From Octopus vulgaris (lineage: Eukaryota), in NCBI GenBank assembly GCA_951406725.2, contig OX597826.1:12400001-12464000 (forward strand): 64,000 nucleotides of DNA. The letters are read 5' to 3'. The notes under the pieces are model-generated. The model ran no database searches, was not told the DNA's origin, and worked only from the letters and a program-made list of their open reading frames with translations. A program made the position numbers and the translations under genes. This document shows, piece by piece, positions 25,897 to 38,333 of the stretch. Numbering within the stretch: the first letter of the stretch is position 1; each line of letters begins with the position of its first letter.

Positions 25897-26179
25897 TAAA
25901 CTAACTGTTTTTGTTTTTTGATTAATCTCGCACTAAACTAAAGACGTCACCCATCACTTTAAGTAAATGAAAGAAAGTTTAATTCGACAATGAATTAAAC
26001 AAGCATGGTCGCGGCCTTCGGGCTAAAACATTTTTAAGGATTTAAGGAATGATATTAAAATGGTAGTGGAATAATGCAAATGTACGAACAGGATTAAAAT
26101 TATCATAGTTCATTATTAGAACGTTAAATTTCAACATCGGTATTAATGAATTAAAATCAACTCAAATGTTCAAAGACTT

Positions 26180-26396
26180 ACTCTTACTCTCTTTACTCTT
26201 TTACTTGTTTCAGTCATTTGACTGCGGCCATGCTAGAGCACCGCCTTTAGTCGAGCAAATCGACCCTGGGACTTATTCTTTGTAAGCCCAGTACTTATTC
26301 TATCGGTCACTTTTGCCGAACCGCTAAGTGACGGGGACGTAAACACACCAGCATCGGTTGTCAAGCAATGCTAGGGGGACAAACACAGACACACAA

Positions 26397-26443
<47 letters not shown>

Positions 26444-26614
26444 CATACATACGACAGGCTTCTTTCAGTTTCCGTCTACCAAATCCACTCACAAGGCATT
26501 GGTCGGCCTGGAGCTATAGCAGAAGACACTTGCCCAAGATGCCACGCAGTGGGACTGAACCCGGAACCATGTGGTTGGTTAGCAAGCTACTTACCACACA
26601 GCCACACCTGCGCC
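26180..26614 (-). mobile_element. SINE family B, full length
   Basis: Near-consensus. Confidence 0.92.
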
Positions 26615-26815
26615 CTTATTAAATTAAAAATAATAAAATTTAAAATTAAAATAGATTACTACAAAAAAAATTATGAAATCAATGCTAGATATAAATTAAT
26701 ACGTATAAGTGCACTCGGTATTCTGTTGTGTCTGGAGAGAGTCATTTTCTTTTTGTGCCTTATAATGTAACACACTCACCGGTAAAATTTCCACTTATTC
26801 CTTATTTTTATTTTC

Positions 26816-26852
26816 CTAAAATTTTCGTTGCGTCTTGCAACATTTTCAATAC
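26816..26852 (-). ncRNA. Minimal hammerhead-like motif, U3:A8 core variant
   Basis: gta TTGAAAA t gttgc aagac gcaac GAAA at TT tag; stem I only 2 bp in this copy. Confidence 0.4.
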
Positions 26853-27239
26853 TTTTGATTCTTGGTATGTTGTTCTGAACTGTAGTTTCAATATAATATA
26901 TTGGCATTTGAATAAACTAAATTGACGCTATAGGATAGTCAAATAAAATCTATTCACTGCATTCTACAATCATCATACTAAAACTGATATAGATCGACTT
27001 TATTCAGGACGAACTTGCGTACAAATTAGAAAATAATCACACTTAAGAAGGCAAATGAAAATGTATGCATGTATGTATATTTATATGTATGTATACTTAT
27101 ATGTCTATATATGTATGTATATAGGTATATACATATATATATATGTATGTAAATAAGGATAAGATCGATATTTAAATACCGATCTTATCAGGCGGCCAGC
27201 ATGGGAATAAAAACCTTTCAAAGGTAATAATTATTTAAA

Positions 27240-27314
27240 ATTATAATTTAGGGTATTTAAGTGATACCTAAGAGGATATTTAAGAGGTATCTCTTAGATA
27301 CCCTAAATTATAAT
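27240..27314. repeat. 30-bp-arm hairpin
   Basis: 27240-27269 pairs with 27285-27314, 2 mismatches. Confidence 0.85.
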
Positions 27315-27419
27315 ATATATTTATGTATATAGATATATACATACATGTATATATATGTTATAACAAAATAATAAATAAAACATGCATATATACATACATA
27401 TATGTACATACCTACATCT

Positions 27420-27610
27420 ATATTATATACATGCATATATAGGTACAGGACACCAAACAAACGTAGAACACAATGAGAACCGAAAACATAAAAACAAAAC
27501 CACGAAAACGGACTTTTTTCAAACAACGAAAAGACAGAATACAAGACATACAACACATGGAATATTCCCCTTCTTCAGCTGCCCCTGCTTCGTCTACTCC
27601 GTGTTTCGAA

Positions 27611-27612
<2 letters not shown>
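27420..27612 (-). mobile_element. Short interspersed module (probable PLE-derived end) ending gtcctgtacc(c/t)atatatgcatg
   Basis: Homologous to 30325-30470 and 41183-41570; abuts a (TA)n run. Confidence 0.6.
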
Positions 27613-27668
<56 letters not shown>

Positions 27669-27824
27669 CATACATATGCAAACACACACAATGTATGTAA
27701 TGTACAATCAGAGCATAACTGTAAAATAGACTAAAAATAGAACAGAGAGCTAATAAGTGTAACTCTGCATGATCAGCGTCCTGCAGGATTGGACAGACGG
27801 GAAGTGAATTAATATGAAAGCTAA

Positions 27825-28110
27825 GAATGGCTAGAAACCGCCAGACTAAAAGCAAAAATGGAAATTCTGATTTTAGCTGCAGCAGATCAATGTTCAACCC
27901 TCCTCTTAATTTCCAAAATGAAATAATAATAATAACACAAGAATCTAACATTATCTGCATATTATGCAATCAACATGAAGAAACAATCGATCACATCATA
28001 TCCGGTTCTACAGTCCAGGAAACGCCTGCATATAACCACAAACATGGTTTGGTAAGTAAGTTAATCTATTTTCTACTACAAAGCAGACATTTTCACTTAG
28101 AACCTCGAAA
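27825..28110 (+). pseudogene. R4/Dong-clade LINE C-terminal zinc-knuckle region
   Basis: WLETARLKAKMEILILAAADQ / CILCNQHEETIDHIISGS...YNHKH...LIY. Confidence 0.75.
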
Positions 28111-28554
28111 TAGAAATAACTAAAGTGTTTGGATAGAGAATGAAAACCGTACCAATATCTAATAGAGTTTCGGGTATTATGAAATAAAATGTCAACATGA
28201 AAAATAGAAAACGTATCAAGATTTAGAACTTTACAGCCCAATCTACATACCTGCAACGACAGCGTCTTCATAGAGTTTTCAAAATAAATTTTACCCCCCA
28301 AAATCCTTAAATTATAAATGAGATTTTTTTCAAACGTAAGCACCATTAATACAATAACATGAAACAATGAATCAATCCCCAAAACACAATAAATTAGATA
28401 TATCGTAATCCCTTTTCTTTTCACCAAAACACCCACACTTTCAAGAACGTAGAAATTTAATCGGTATTGCTATAAAATTCTCGCATAAAAGCGAGAAAAC
28501 GCAATACTGATGGGCAAAACTGGCATATATTCAGACATACAGTTATGAGTATAA

Positions 28555-28938
28555 TACTTTCTATTATATGCACAAGACCTGGAATTAGATCGACGCCAGT
28601 ATGTAACTGGTACTTAATTTATCGACCTCGAAATGATGAAAGGCAAAGTCGACCCCGGCGAAATTTGAACTCAGAACGAACTTTGAACTCAGAACAAATG
28701 AAATACCTATTTCTTTACTACCCACAATGGGGCTAAACACAGAGAGGACAAACAAGGACAGACAAACGGATTAAGTCGATTATATCGACCCCAGTGCGTA
28801 ACTGGTACTTATTTAATCGACCCCGAAAGGACGAAAGGCAAAGTCGACCTCGGCGGAATTTGAACTCAGAACGCAAGGACAAATGAAACACCGCTAAGCA
28901 TTTCTCCCGGCGTGCTAACGTTTCTACCTGCTCGCCGC
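28555..28938 (-). mobile_element. SINE family A, dimeric body
   Basis: Reverse complement of family A. Confidence 0.9.
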
Positions 28939-30324
28939 ATTATACAGTTATTAGTATAACGAATTCAATGTACCTTAGTGTGAGAATGCTACTGTTTATA
29001 TCGACTCTATACAGAATAAAAGACAAGTACGGAGCATGCATGTAAAATTTTAACCAAGTCCAAGAGACGTAAGTAAATAACGCAAGATTCTTTGTGAAGG
29101 AAAAAATGAATTTCTAATAACAGTACTCATTCATAACGTAATGAATTAAATCGATTTCTAACCTAGTTACATAATTGGAATCAGCGGGTAACTTTCTGAA
29201 TTTTGCACGTAATGCATTATTGCATTAACATAATGCAACAATAGTTCTGCGCCAGCACATCTTCAGGTGAGTAAAATCGGGAGCGCTGTTGAATCATCTT
29301 TAATTTCCCTTTGTTTTATACTCTTACGTTTTTTTGGCATTCCATTGACAACGAGTAAAGAGATCCAAAGTAGAAAGAAATATTAAAAAGATACGAAAAA
29401 TTAATGGAAATAAAGAACCAAAAATATAAAAGAGTAAAAGACGCCCTGTTCACCCCCATTCTTAAGCACAGACTTATTTCGACTTTTATAAAGATAAGCA
29501 TCGTGAGATTATAATGTTGTAGACTGGAGGAACTACTCTTGTATCTGTCAGCGTTCTACTTCAAAGGAAATCATTGGCGTGTGGTCAGTTCATTATCACA
29601 GTGGGATACCGAACTTGGTTGCTTGTTATACTTAGATTTGTCTGCCTATAAACTTAATTTTGGCCGTCAGCGGGCCTCGCCACAGTTGCTTTACCAGTCA
29701 TTAAGAGGTTATTAAACCAAGAAGACTTATTCGCACGCATCCTAATACATACATACATACGTACATACATTTACGTTGTACAAACATGAACACACACAAA
29801 TACATATATATATACACACAGATACACACATGTACATACATGTGAACACCGAACTAAATCATACAATCATTAGTATGAGGTTTAGTGAAGGCGACGTGCT
29901 GGCAGAATTGTTAACACGCTTCAAATTTTGCCCATGTCGACTTTGCCTTTCATCCTTTCGGGGTCGATAAATTAAGTACCAGCGAAACATTGGCAACCCG
30001 AAATTGATAAAAAGTTTAAACAGTCTTTTTTCTATATCGCTCCATTTCTACTTAACTATAACTGTCTACAATGACAAAAGCGTCATCCCTATATGTGACC
30101 TCCCACTAATCTAGGAAGCCAGGATTTCATCTGGAAAAGATATAAATTCCGACGAGTAGCTTGATTTCATCCTATCCGATCTGGAGCTTATTATTGTAGT
30201 AAGAGCAGCTAGTATAATATCTATCTTACGTCTGGATAAATTAGAACTGCGTATATATATAATAACAAATTAGTAAATAAAACATATGCATACATACATA
30301 TATGTACATACCTACATCTATATG

Positions 30325-30680
30325 TATATATGCATGCATATATGGGTATAGGACACCCAAAAAAAAACGTAGAACTCAGAACGTAGAAAACAGTGTACAA
30401 GACATACAACACAAGGAACATTTCCCTTCTTCAGCTGCCCCTTCTTCGACTACTGTTTCGAAGGTAAGGGCAAGACACGACTCCGTTGAAACAATCCTTC
30501 CAGCAAAGCAAATTAAATGAAATTTGGGATTTTTTGCGGAGGGGTAAAAATGGTGACAAGAAGAGTACAGTAAAAACAAACTATAAGGGCTTTTAAGCCT
30601 AGACGATGGAAAAAAATTAATTTGAACGCATTGAGAAAACGGCTTACGAGGACAGGAGAAGCCGTTGTGGACTTGTTGTA
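30325..30680 (-). mobile_element. Short interspersed module, same family as 27420-27612
   Basis: Shared GAAA...gcagCTGAAGAaggg...gtcctatacccatatatgcatg; bordered by TA-rich repeats. Confidence 0.6.
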
Positions 30681-30923
30681 TATATATATATATATGTAAA
30701 TGTAAAAAAATACAAACTGGGACAAGAACGTAAAACATTTAGAAGACGATACAAAAATCACGGACGGAACATTCGAAGCCTTCAATCTTCAGTCAAGAAC
30801 CAGATCATCTTCGCAATTTCGGCTGATATATATACAACATATTTCTTGAGAACATTTCTTAGTGGTAAGACCATAGCGGACCTATTTCTAGCATTAGGGT
30901 GTCCACATGGTGGCTTCCCACTA

Positions 30924-30971
<48 letters not shown>

Positions 30972-30976
<5 letters not shown>

Positions 30977-31180
30977 GGAAATGAAGAAAATGCTGACAAA
31001 TAATTGAAGTAATTTAAGTAATTTAATTAGGTGAAAGTTCTTTTTACCGGTTGCGCATTTGTTATGCTTATCATATTTTGATAAGCATAACAAATGCGCA
31101 ACCGGTAAAAAGAACTTTCACCTAATTAAATTACTTAAATTACTTCAATTATTTGTCAGCATTTTCTTCATTTCCTTTTT
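30972..31180. repeat. Perfect 102-bp-arm hairpin with 5-nt loop
   Basis: 30972-31073 is the reverse complement of 31079-31180; loop tattt; preceded by (TA)n. Confidence 0.95.
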
Positions 31181-31218
31181 TATATATCACCACTCGTGTT
31201 CGACATCTCCTTTTTTTA

Positions 31219-31267
<49 letters not shown>

Positions 31268-31913
31268 TCATGCATGTATAGAAGATGCCAATAAATTGCC
31301 ATTATATCGAACATTTCAAAACACATATAGGGATAAATCAGCAGGTTGCATGCAATCAATAGACCCCACGTGCATGTTTATTTGTTTGCCCTTGTTTTTT
31401 CAATAAATTCTGATGAGTTATCCTTCCTTCTTTTTTTTCTCTCTTTTCTTTCACACTGTAAAGTAATTTATGGACACCCAATATATATAAATATATGTAT
31501 ATATGCATGCATGTATGTTTCTTCTCCCCTCCCCTCACTCCCTTTGTTTATTTCCTTCATCCTCCCACTTGCCTCCATTCTTGCCTGTTTGTTCCCACGT
31601 GACTATTGGCCATTTCTTCTCACCTCTATCTTTTCTGGATGCAATGCGTACTTAGCTGGACGTAATTTTCTATCGCCTCCCGACATTTTCCCCCTTTTTT
31701 TTCTCTTCTACTGTTTTCTTCTCATGGATTTATTCTATATCCTTTCAAAATCTCTCCCTGGCGTTACTCATTACAATGCGTCTTTGCCTAACAGCCCTTA
31801 ATATTTGTCTTCGTCGATTGCTTACTCTGTACGTCCACTCTGTCGCTGTTTGTTCGTTCGCAGTTCCAACTTTCCAGAAATTTTATGTTTAAAATTTCTG
31901 GAAGCTGCTCTTA

Positions 31914-32285
31914 TACTCTCCTCTTTTACTCTTGTACTTGTTTCAGTCATGTGACCGCCGTTGGTCGAGCAAATCGACCCCAGGACTTCTTTGTAAGCCT
32001 AGTATTTATTCTATCGGTCTCTTTTGCCGAACCGTTAAGTTACGGGGACGTAAACACACCAGCATCGGTTGTCAAGCGATGTTGGAGGGACAAACACAGA
32101 CACACAAACATATACACACGCATACATACATTTCAGCTTCCGTCTACCAAATCCACTCACAAGGCTTTGGTCGGCCCGAGGCTATAGTAGAAGATACTTG
32201 CCCAAGGTGCCAAGCAGTGGCACTGAACCCGGAACCATGTGGTTGATAAGCAAACTACTTACCACATAGCCACTCCTACGCCTAT
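31914..32285 (-). mobile_element. SINE family B
   Basis: Consensus match. Confidence 0.9.
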
Positions 32286-33060
32286 GCTGTTTATGAAGTT
32301 TTCCTATATTGCCGTTGAAAGCTCGAAATAGGTAGTCATTAACAGTCGACAACTGAAGAGGGGTTAGACTTCTTTTGGCAATTTGTCCCTTACTTAATTC
32401 ATTCGTTACAACTGATCGCGATATTTGGGGCCACTAAAATCCGCAAGATCTTTTAATAGATGTTGGGTAAAAGATGATGCCTTCATTTGCAAACTTGTCT
32501 CCAAGTAGATGGCAGGTCAAAATTTATTCTAAATTTAAAAGAGAAAAAGAACGTACATACATACATTCATACATACATACATGCATGCATGCATACATAC
32601 ATACATACATACATACATGCATACATAGATACATACATACATACATACATACATACATACACACATACATACATACATACATACATACATACATGCATAC
32701 ATGCATACATAGACACATACATACACTGTCTTTCCTTGTGATATCTCCAATGGCTTCTAATATTAGTACAATGTCTGGGAAAATAAATACCAGAAGGTAT
32801 TTAGTCAGACACTTTATAGTCCATGTACATCATCAACAGTCTTCCCATGTAATAACAGCAACGGTTTCTAAGATTAGTACATGGTCACACATTGGTAGTG
32901 ATGGTGGTGGTGGTGGTGGTGATGGAAGAATAATCGATTTCATCGATTTCAATACTTCCCTGGTACTTGTTTTATTTTATCGAATTCGACCACAGAGAAA
33001 CGAAATTCTGTAAGACATTTTTTCCTGATGCTCTACCGATTCAGTAAATCAACAGATTTT

Positions 33061-33117
<57 letters not shown>

Positions 33118-33120
<3 letters not shown>

Positions 33121-33543
33121 TTACTCTTTTACTTTTTTCAATCATTTGACTGCAGCCATGCTGGAGCACCGCGTTTAATCGAGCAAATCGACCTCGGGAC
33201 TTATTCTTTGTAAGCCCAGTACTATTCTATCGGTCTCTTTTGCCGAACCGCTAAGTGACGGGGACGTAAACACACCAGCATCGGTTGTCAAGCAATGCTA
33301 GGGGGACAAACAGACACAAATATATACACACACACATACACACACACACACACACACATATACATATATATATACATATATACGACAGGCTTCTTTCAGT
33401 TTCCGTCTACCAAATCCACTCACAAGGCATTGGTCGACCCGAGGCTATAGCAGAAAACACTTGCCCAAGATGCCACGCACTGGGACTGAACCCGGAACCA
33501 TGTGGTTGGTAAGCAAGCTACCTACCACACAGCCACTCCTGCG

Positions 33544-33547
<4 letters not shown>
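33118..33547 (-). mobile_element. SINE family B between (TA)n runs
   Basis: Full length, TA runs on both sides. Confidence 0.92.
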
Positions 33548-33586
<39 letters not shown>

Positions 33587-33874
33587 ATGTAAACATAATA
33601 ACAGTCACAATAAACTATTTAGGTTTGTTCTTGTCACACCAAAATTCTAGAAATAATAGGTCTGCCAACTAAAACGATAAAATACTCCTAAATAAGACCA
33701 TACAGTCTCGGGACTGCTCAATCAAAGCCAGGCTGAAACTGAAAGAACGAATGGGTGCACGCGCGCGCGTACTCACGCACACACACACACACACACACAC
33801 ATGAACACATTTATTTAGGTCTACATACGGATACACATATGTCTGTCTGTCTGTATGTATGTATGTATATAAAC

Positions 33875-33907
<33 letters not shown>

Positions 33908-33972
33908 CAGACAGAGATATTCTTTTTTGCATCCAGTATGTACATACATATACACATATATAGATATATACA

Positions 33973-34382
33973 TTGGCTTGTCCGGAAAGTTCGTGCCGAT
34001 TTATAGTAGCTGACATTTCGACTTATTTGAGAACATGGTTGAGTTCATAAAATAGGATTTGACTACACCTCCATTTAGAGCACAGTTTAAGCTATCTTTT
34101 CCTGGAAGAAGGTTTATGTTCCTATAACCTGTGTTAATTCTGAAATCCTTTAAAATGAATGATAATACAAAAATTGCTGCAGCTCGGCTGGGATGTGTTA
34201 CCCCACCCTCCATATTCACCAGATATTACTCCTTCGGATTTCCATTTATTCAGGTCTCTGCAGAATAGTCTTAATGGTAAAAATTTCATTTCCTTGCATG
34301 ACGATTAAAAATGTAATGACAAGAATTTATTGACCGTTTTCTTTCCTTTAAAACTCGGCACGAACTTTCCGGACAAACCCAA
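33973..34382 (+). mobile_element. Internally deleted mariner element
   Basis: TIRs ttggcttgtccggaaagttcgtgccga / tcggcacgaactttccggacaaacccaa. 34168-34308 encodes QKLLQLGWDVLPHPPYSPDITPSDFHLFRSLQNSL. Confidence 0.92.
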
Positions 34383-34782
34383 TACCTGTATGTATGTATG
34401 TATGTGTGTACGCGCGTATGTGTGTGTGTGAGAGAGAGAGAGAAAGAGAGAGAGCGAGAGAGAAAGAGAGAGCGAGAGAGAGAGAGAGAAAGAGCGAGCG
34501 TATTTGTATGTATAGGAGTGTATGTGCGTATGCAGATATGCGTGCGTATATAAGTATGTGTGTGTGTGTGTTTTTTTTTTTACCGTGTGTATGCATCCCC
34601 GACAGTAGGTAAACTACATTTATTCGCATCACGGATTGGATAACCTCAGTACAGGTTAATTGTTGATTAAGAATTATAAAGAGGCAATTGGACGGTACGT
34701 TGCTCCACGACGACCATTTGTTTCATCTCGGCTGTTTGTCTTGGAACCAATGTAATGCTGTTGAAAGCTGGAGTTACTTAAC

Positions 34783-35282
34783 CTGTGGTTCTCAACCATT
34801 TTTTAACTATTGGCCCCTTTGATTACTATTTTATTCTGGTGGACCCCAGAATACTAGTTTTATAGATATTTCTTTCAAACTTCCTGTTTCGTTATTCACA
34901 CATCTGTAGGTTGAACTCTGTAAAGTGTTAGAGAAAGAAATATATCGCTGTTTCTTGCAATACATACCAATACATACATCTACAGCAAAATATTTTCATT
35001 ACGAAGATGTACTTGCATAGCGAGTGACTTGATCTGAGATCGTGTGCTGGAACGAAAACAATTGCAGCGTGGAAGGTGTTTATAAGCCATTTAAGAAACA
35101 CATTTAACAGTTAGATTCACTTCAACATTTGAATTTAATTTGTCAAAATATTTTCGTCGCTGCATCTCAGGGTCTCCTCAAAATGTTATTGTGGGTCTCC
35201 AATTTACTATTTTGTAGTGTGGAGTCCCAAAAGCCTTATATGGACCTTCAGGGGTCGAATAGACTCCAGCTGAGAAACACTG
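34783..35282. mobile_element. hAT (Charlie/MER5-like) MITE with a nested repeat fragment
   Basis: Ends ctgtggttctcaac / gctgagaaacactg; imperfect 8-bp TSD tacttaac/tactaaaa. Confidence 0.75.
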
Positions 35283-35606
35283 TACTAAAAGGTGTTTAAT
35301 GAAATGTGTATGTGTGGTTGATTGAGGAGTGTATTGTTTTGTTTAGTAATCGAGTTGTTTGTTTGTATATTCTTTGATTATTTGGGTCTGCCTCGTTTAT
35401 TTCTTTGTTCTATGTTTTGTAAGGGATTTAAGAGTTTAATCGGTTTATTGGGTCGTGTGTGTGTGTTCATATATGCAAGCATGAGGACATGCTCTTGTGT
35501 GCGTGTGTAGTTTCGTGCGAGCGTGTGTTTATGTATGTATATAATGTATATGAATAATGTTAATAATGTATGTATATGATTTGGTGTGAGTGGGTGTGTG
35601 CGTGAG

Positions 35607-35643
<37 letters not shown>

Positions 35644-36732
35644 GTGTGTATTTGCGTGCATACGTGATTTTGTTGATTTTGTGTGTGTGTGCGCGCGTGA
35701 GTAACGATGTGGACGTGTCGCGTCTGTGTGTGTTTGTGTGCGCGTTTATATGTGTGTGCACGTGTGTGGAAATGTCTCTGTGTGAAAAGATTTTGTGTGT
35801 ATGCATGTATGTATTTATGTACATATGTATGTGTGTATGTATGCATGTGTGTATGTGTGTATGTATGTATGTATGTATGTATGTATGTATGTATCTATGT
35901 TGTATGTATGTATGTGTGTATGTATGTATGTATATTTGCATGTAAGTGTATGTAATATGGACAGACCCATGTATGTATGTTAGTCGGTGCGTTTGTGTGT
36001 GCGTTTGTGTATACGTGTATGTATTTGTGTGTGCACGCGTATTTGTTAGTGTTTGTGCGTGAATGTGTGTGTGCGTGTGTGCATGTATATGTGTGTGCGT
36101 GTGTGTGTGTGTGCATTTCCTTAGTCATGAGGCATGTATCTGATGAATTGGAAACAAATTGTAAATGAAGCTTTTGCTTTTTTAAAAAAAAAATTTGGTT
36201 TGAACTAATTCCTGTAAGGCGCGGTACGAGAATGTATGTGTACAGTTGTGTATAGTTATGTATATGTGTACATAGTTCTGTGCCTATGCACGTGTGTATA
36301 AGTGCACGTGTTATGCGTGTGCGTGCTTGCGCACGTTTAGAGAATGATAAATTGCAATGAAATGGATTTTTAATTGATAAAAAGAATAATAGAAAAGTAA
36401 ATAAGTAATTTTTCAGTGAGAGTTCGCTGCGGAATTTAATGCCCAAAACCTGCAATGCATATGGATGTTGGTGGGAGAATGTGAACTTATTGGATTGCCT
36501 TCGCCCTAGCTGTGTGTATGCGGAATGATAGGGATACTCTCTTTACTCTTTTACTTGTTTCAGTCATTTTACTGTGGGCATGCTGGAGCACCGCCTCTAG
36601 TCGAGCAAATCGACCCCAGGACTTATTATTTGTAAGTGTAGTACTACCGAACTAAGTGACGGGGATGTAAACACATCACCATCGGTTGTCAAGCGATGTT
36701 GGTGGGGTACAAACACAGACACATAAACACAC

Positions 36733-36767
<35 letters not shown>

Positions 36768-36773
36768 TACACA

Positions 36774-36874
<101 letters not shown>

Positions 36875-37066
36875 ATTGATGAATGAATTATCCTTTGTTT
36901 ACCGTTAACATGGAAAATTCAATAAACAGTTACCAGGGTAGCAAAATTCACGCAAGTAACACGGGTGTAGCGACCTATTCAAAGGAAGAAATTCCGGGTT
37001 AGTGTGCAGCAATTTGTGTATTATAAGTAAATAAATGGAGTTGAACGAAGAATTAAAATTCTTTTA

Positions 37067-37148
37067 CTTTCGACATATGTTTCGAAGACAACATGGTTTT
37101 ATTCCAAACGAATAAACGGTGTAAAATGCAATCTTCTCATCAGGAAAG
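37067..37148 (-). ncRNA. Type I hammerhead ribozyme (PLE-type)
   Basis: Inverted copy of 37217-37298 with intact core. Confidence 0.8.
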
Positions 37149-37216
37149 AAAGAGACATTATAAACAACAAGACATTATAACAATTACGATGGCTGCCTAA
37201 ATGATAAACTCTCTTT

Positions 37217-37298
37217 CTTTCCTGATGAGAAGATTGCATTTTACACCGTTTATTCCTTTGGAATAAAACCATATTGTCTTCGAAACATATGTCGAAAG
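37217..37298 (+). ncRNA. Type I hammerhead ribozyme (PLE-type)
   Basis: ctttc CTGATGA gaaga [loop with tttattcc/ggaataaa hairpin] tcttc GAAA catatg TC gaaag; predicted cleavage after C37293. Confidence 0.85.
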
Positions 37299-38065
37299 TA
37301 AAAGAATTTTAATAACATCTTCGTTCAACTCCATTTATTTACTTATATATATTTATATATACGACGGGCTTCTTTCAGTTTCCGTCTACCAAATCCACTC
37401 ACAAGGCTTTGGTCGGCCCGAGGCTATAGTGGAACACACTTGACCAAGGTGCCACGCAGTGGGACTGAACCAGGAGCCATGTGGTTCGTAAGCAAGCTAC
37501 TTACCACACAGCCACTCCTACGCCAGTATAAAATTTTTTTTTTAAAGTTGAAATTTTATAGGGGAGAGTTATAGGCCTCTTGTTATGTGAATATGCCTGC
37601 AGCAGTGTGTGTGTCTGGAATGTGTTTGGCTTTGTAGAATTGGCTCAGGTATGGTAAATTTTTTTCGGGAACTGGGCCGCGTGAGACATGGCTGATAATC
37701 ATGTGGGCCGCACAGCTAAAAAATATTCAAGGAAATTTGAGTTAGGTGTTCCATTCGGAAGTTCAGTTTGTGAATCTTGACACTCCTACACGTACTTACA
37801 CAAGAACGCATGCGCACATGCATGCATGCGCGTGTGTGTGTGTGCGCAAGTGTGTGTGTATGTTGTGTGTTGCGTACTGTGTGTGTGTGTGTGCGTGTGT
37901 GCGCGCGCGTGTGTGTCTGTGTGTTTGTGTGTATGTGTGTGTGTGTGTGTGTGTGTTTGTGTGTGTGTGAATTGTGTGTGAATATATCTTTTACCTTTCA
38001 CGTTTTTTCTTGTACCTCTCTTTTGACTGCGGTCATGCTAGGACATCGCCTTGAAGGATTTAGAC

Positions 38066-38333
38066 CAGTGGTTCTCAAAGTGGGTAGTATTGTGTGTGAG
38101 TGTATGTGTGTGTGTTGTGTGTGTGTGTTTCCAAAGCGGGCGATAATGGGGTAGCGATTCCTGTTAAAACAAAATAATGGGTTCATTAGGTTAAGTTTTA
38201 TTTGTGAAATACAGTTGCTTTGGATTTGCTTCAGAAAGAGGTCTATGTTTGTGATAGTTAATTGGGGTGAGCTACTAAGAATGTGACCTGGGTGTCAAGG
38301 GGGTGGCAGCCCCAATAAGAATGAGAACTACTG
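38066..38333. mobile_element. hAT (Charlie-like) MITE
   Basis: cagtggttctca / tgagaactactg; imperfect TSD atttagac/gttcagac. Confidence 0.8.

Larger units (their letters stand above)
36877..37347 (-). mobile_element. PLE-derived non-coding insert with an inverted HHR-bearing repeat
   Basis: Arms 37022-37155 and 37210-37347, 54-bp spacer, TA runs on both sides. 3' end similar to 46470-46549. Confidence 0.8.

Noticed and set aside
30763-30795. Minus-strand CTGAAGA tt gaag-g-cttc GAAT motif (similar one near 22890-22920)
   Set aside because: GAAA box and stem I not intact; may be a relic but not supportable as a ribozyme
36140-36167. CTGATGA attg GAAA caaattg TA hammerhead-like string
   Set aside because: No stem II and poor stem I; probably chance
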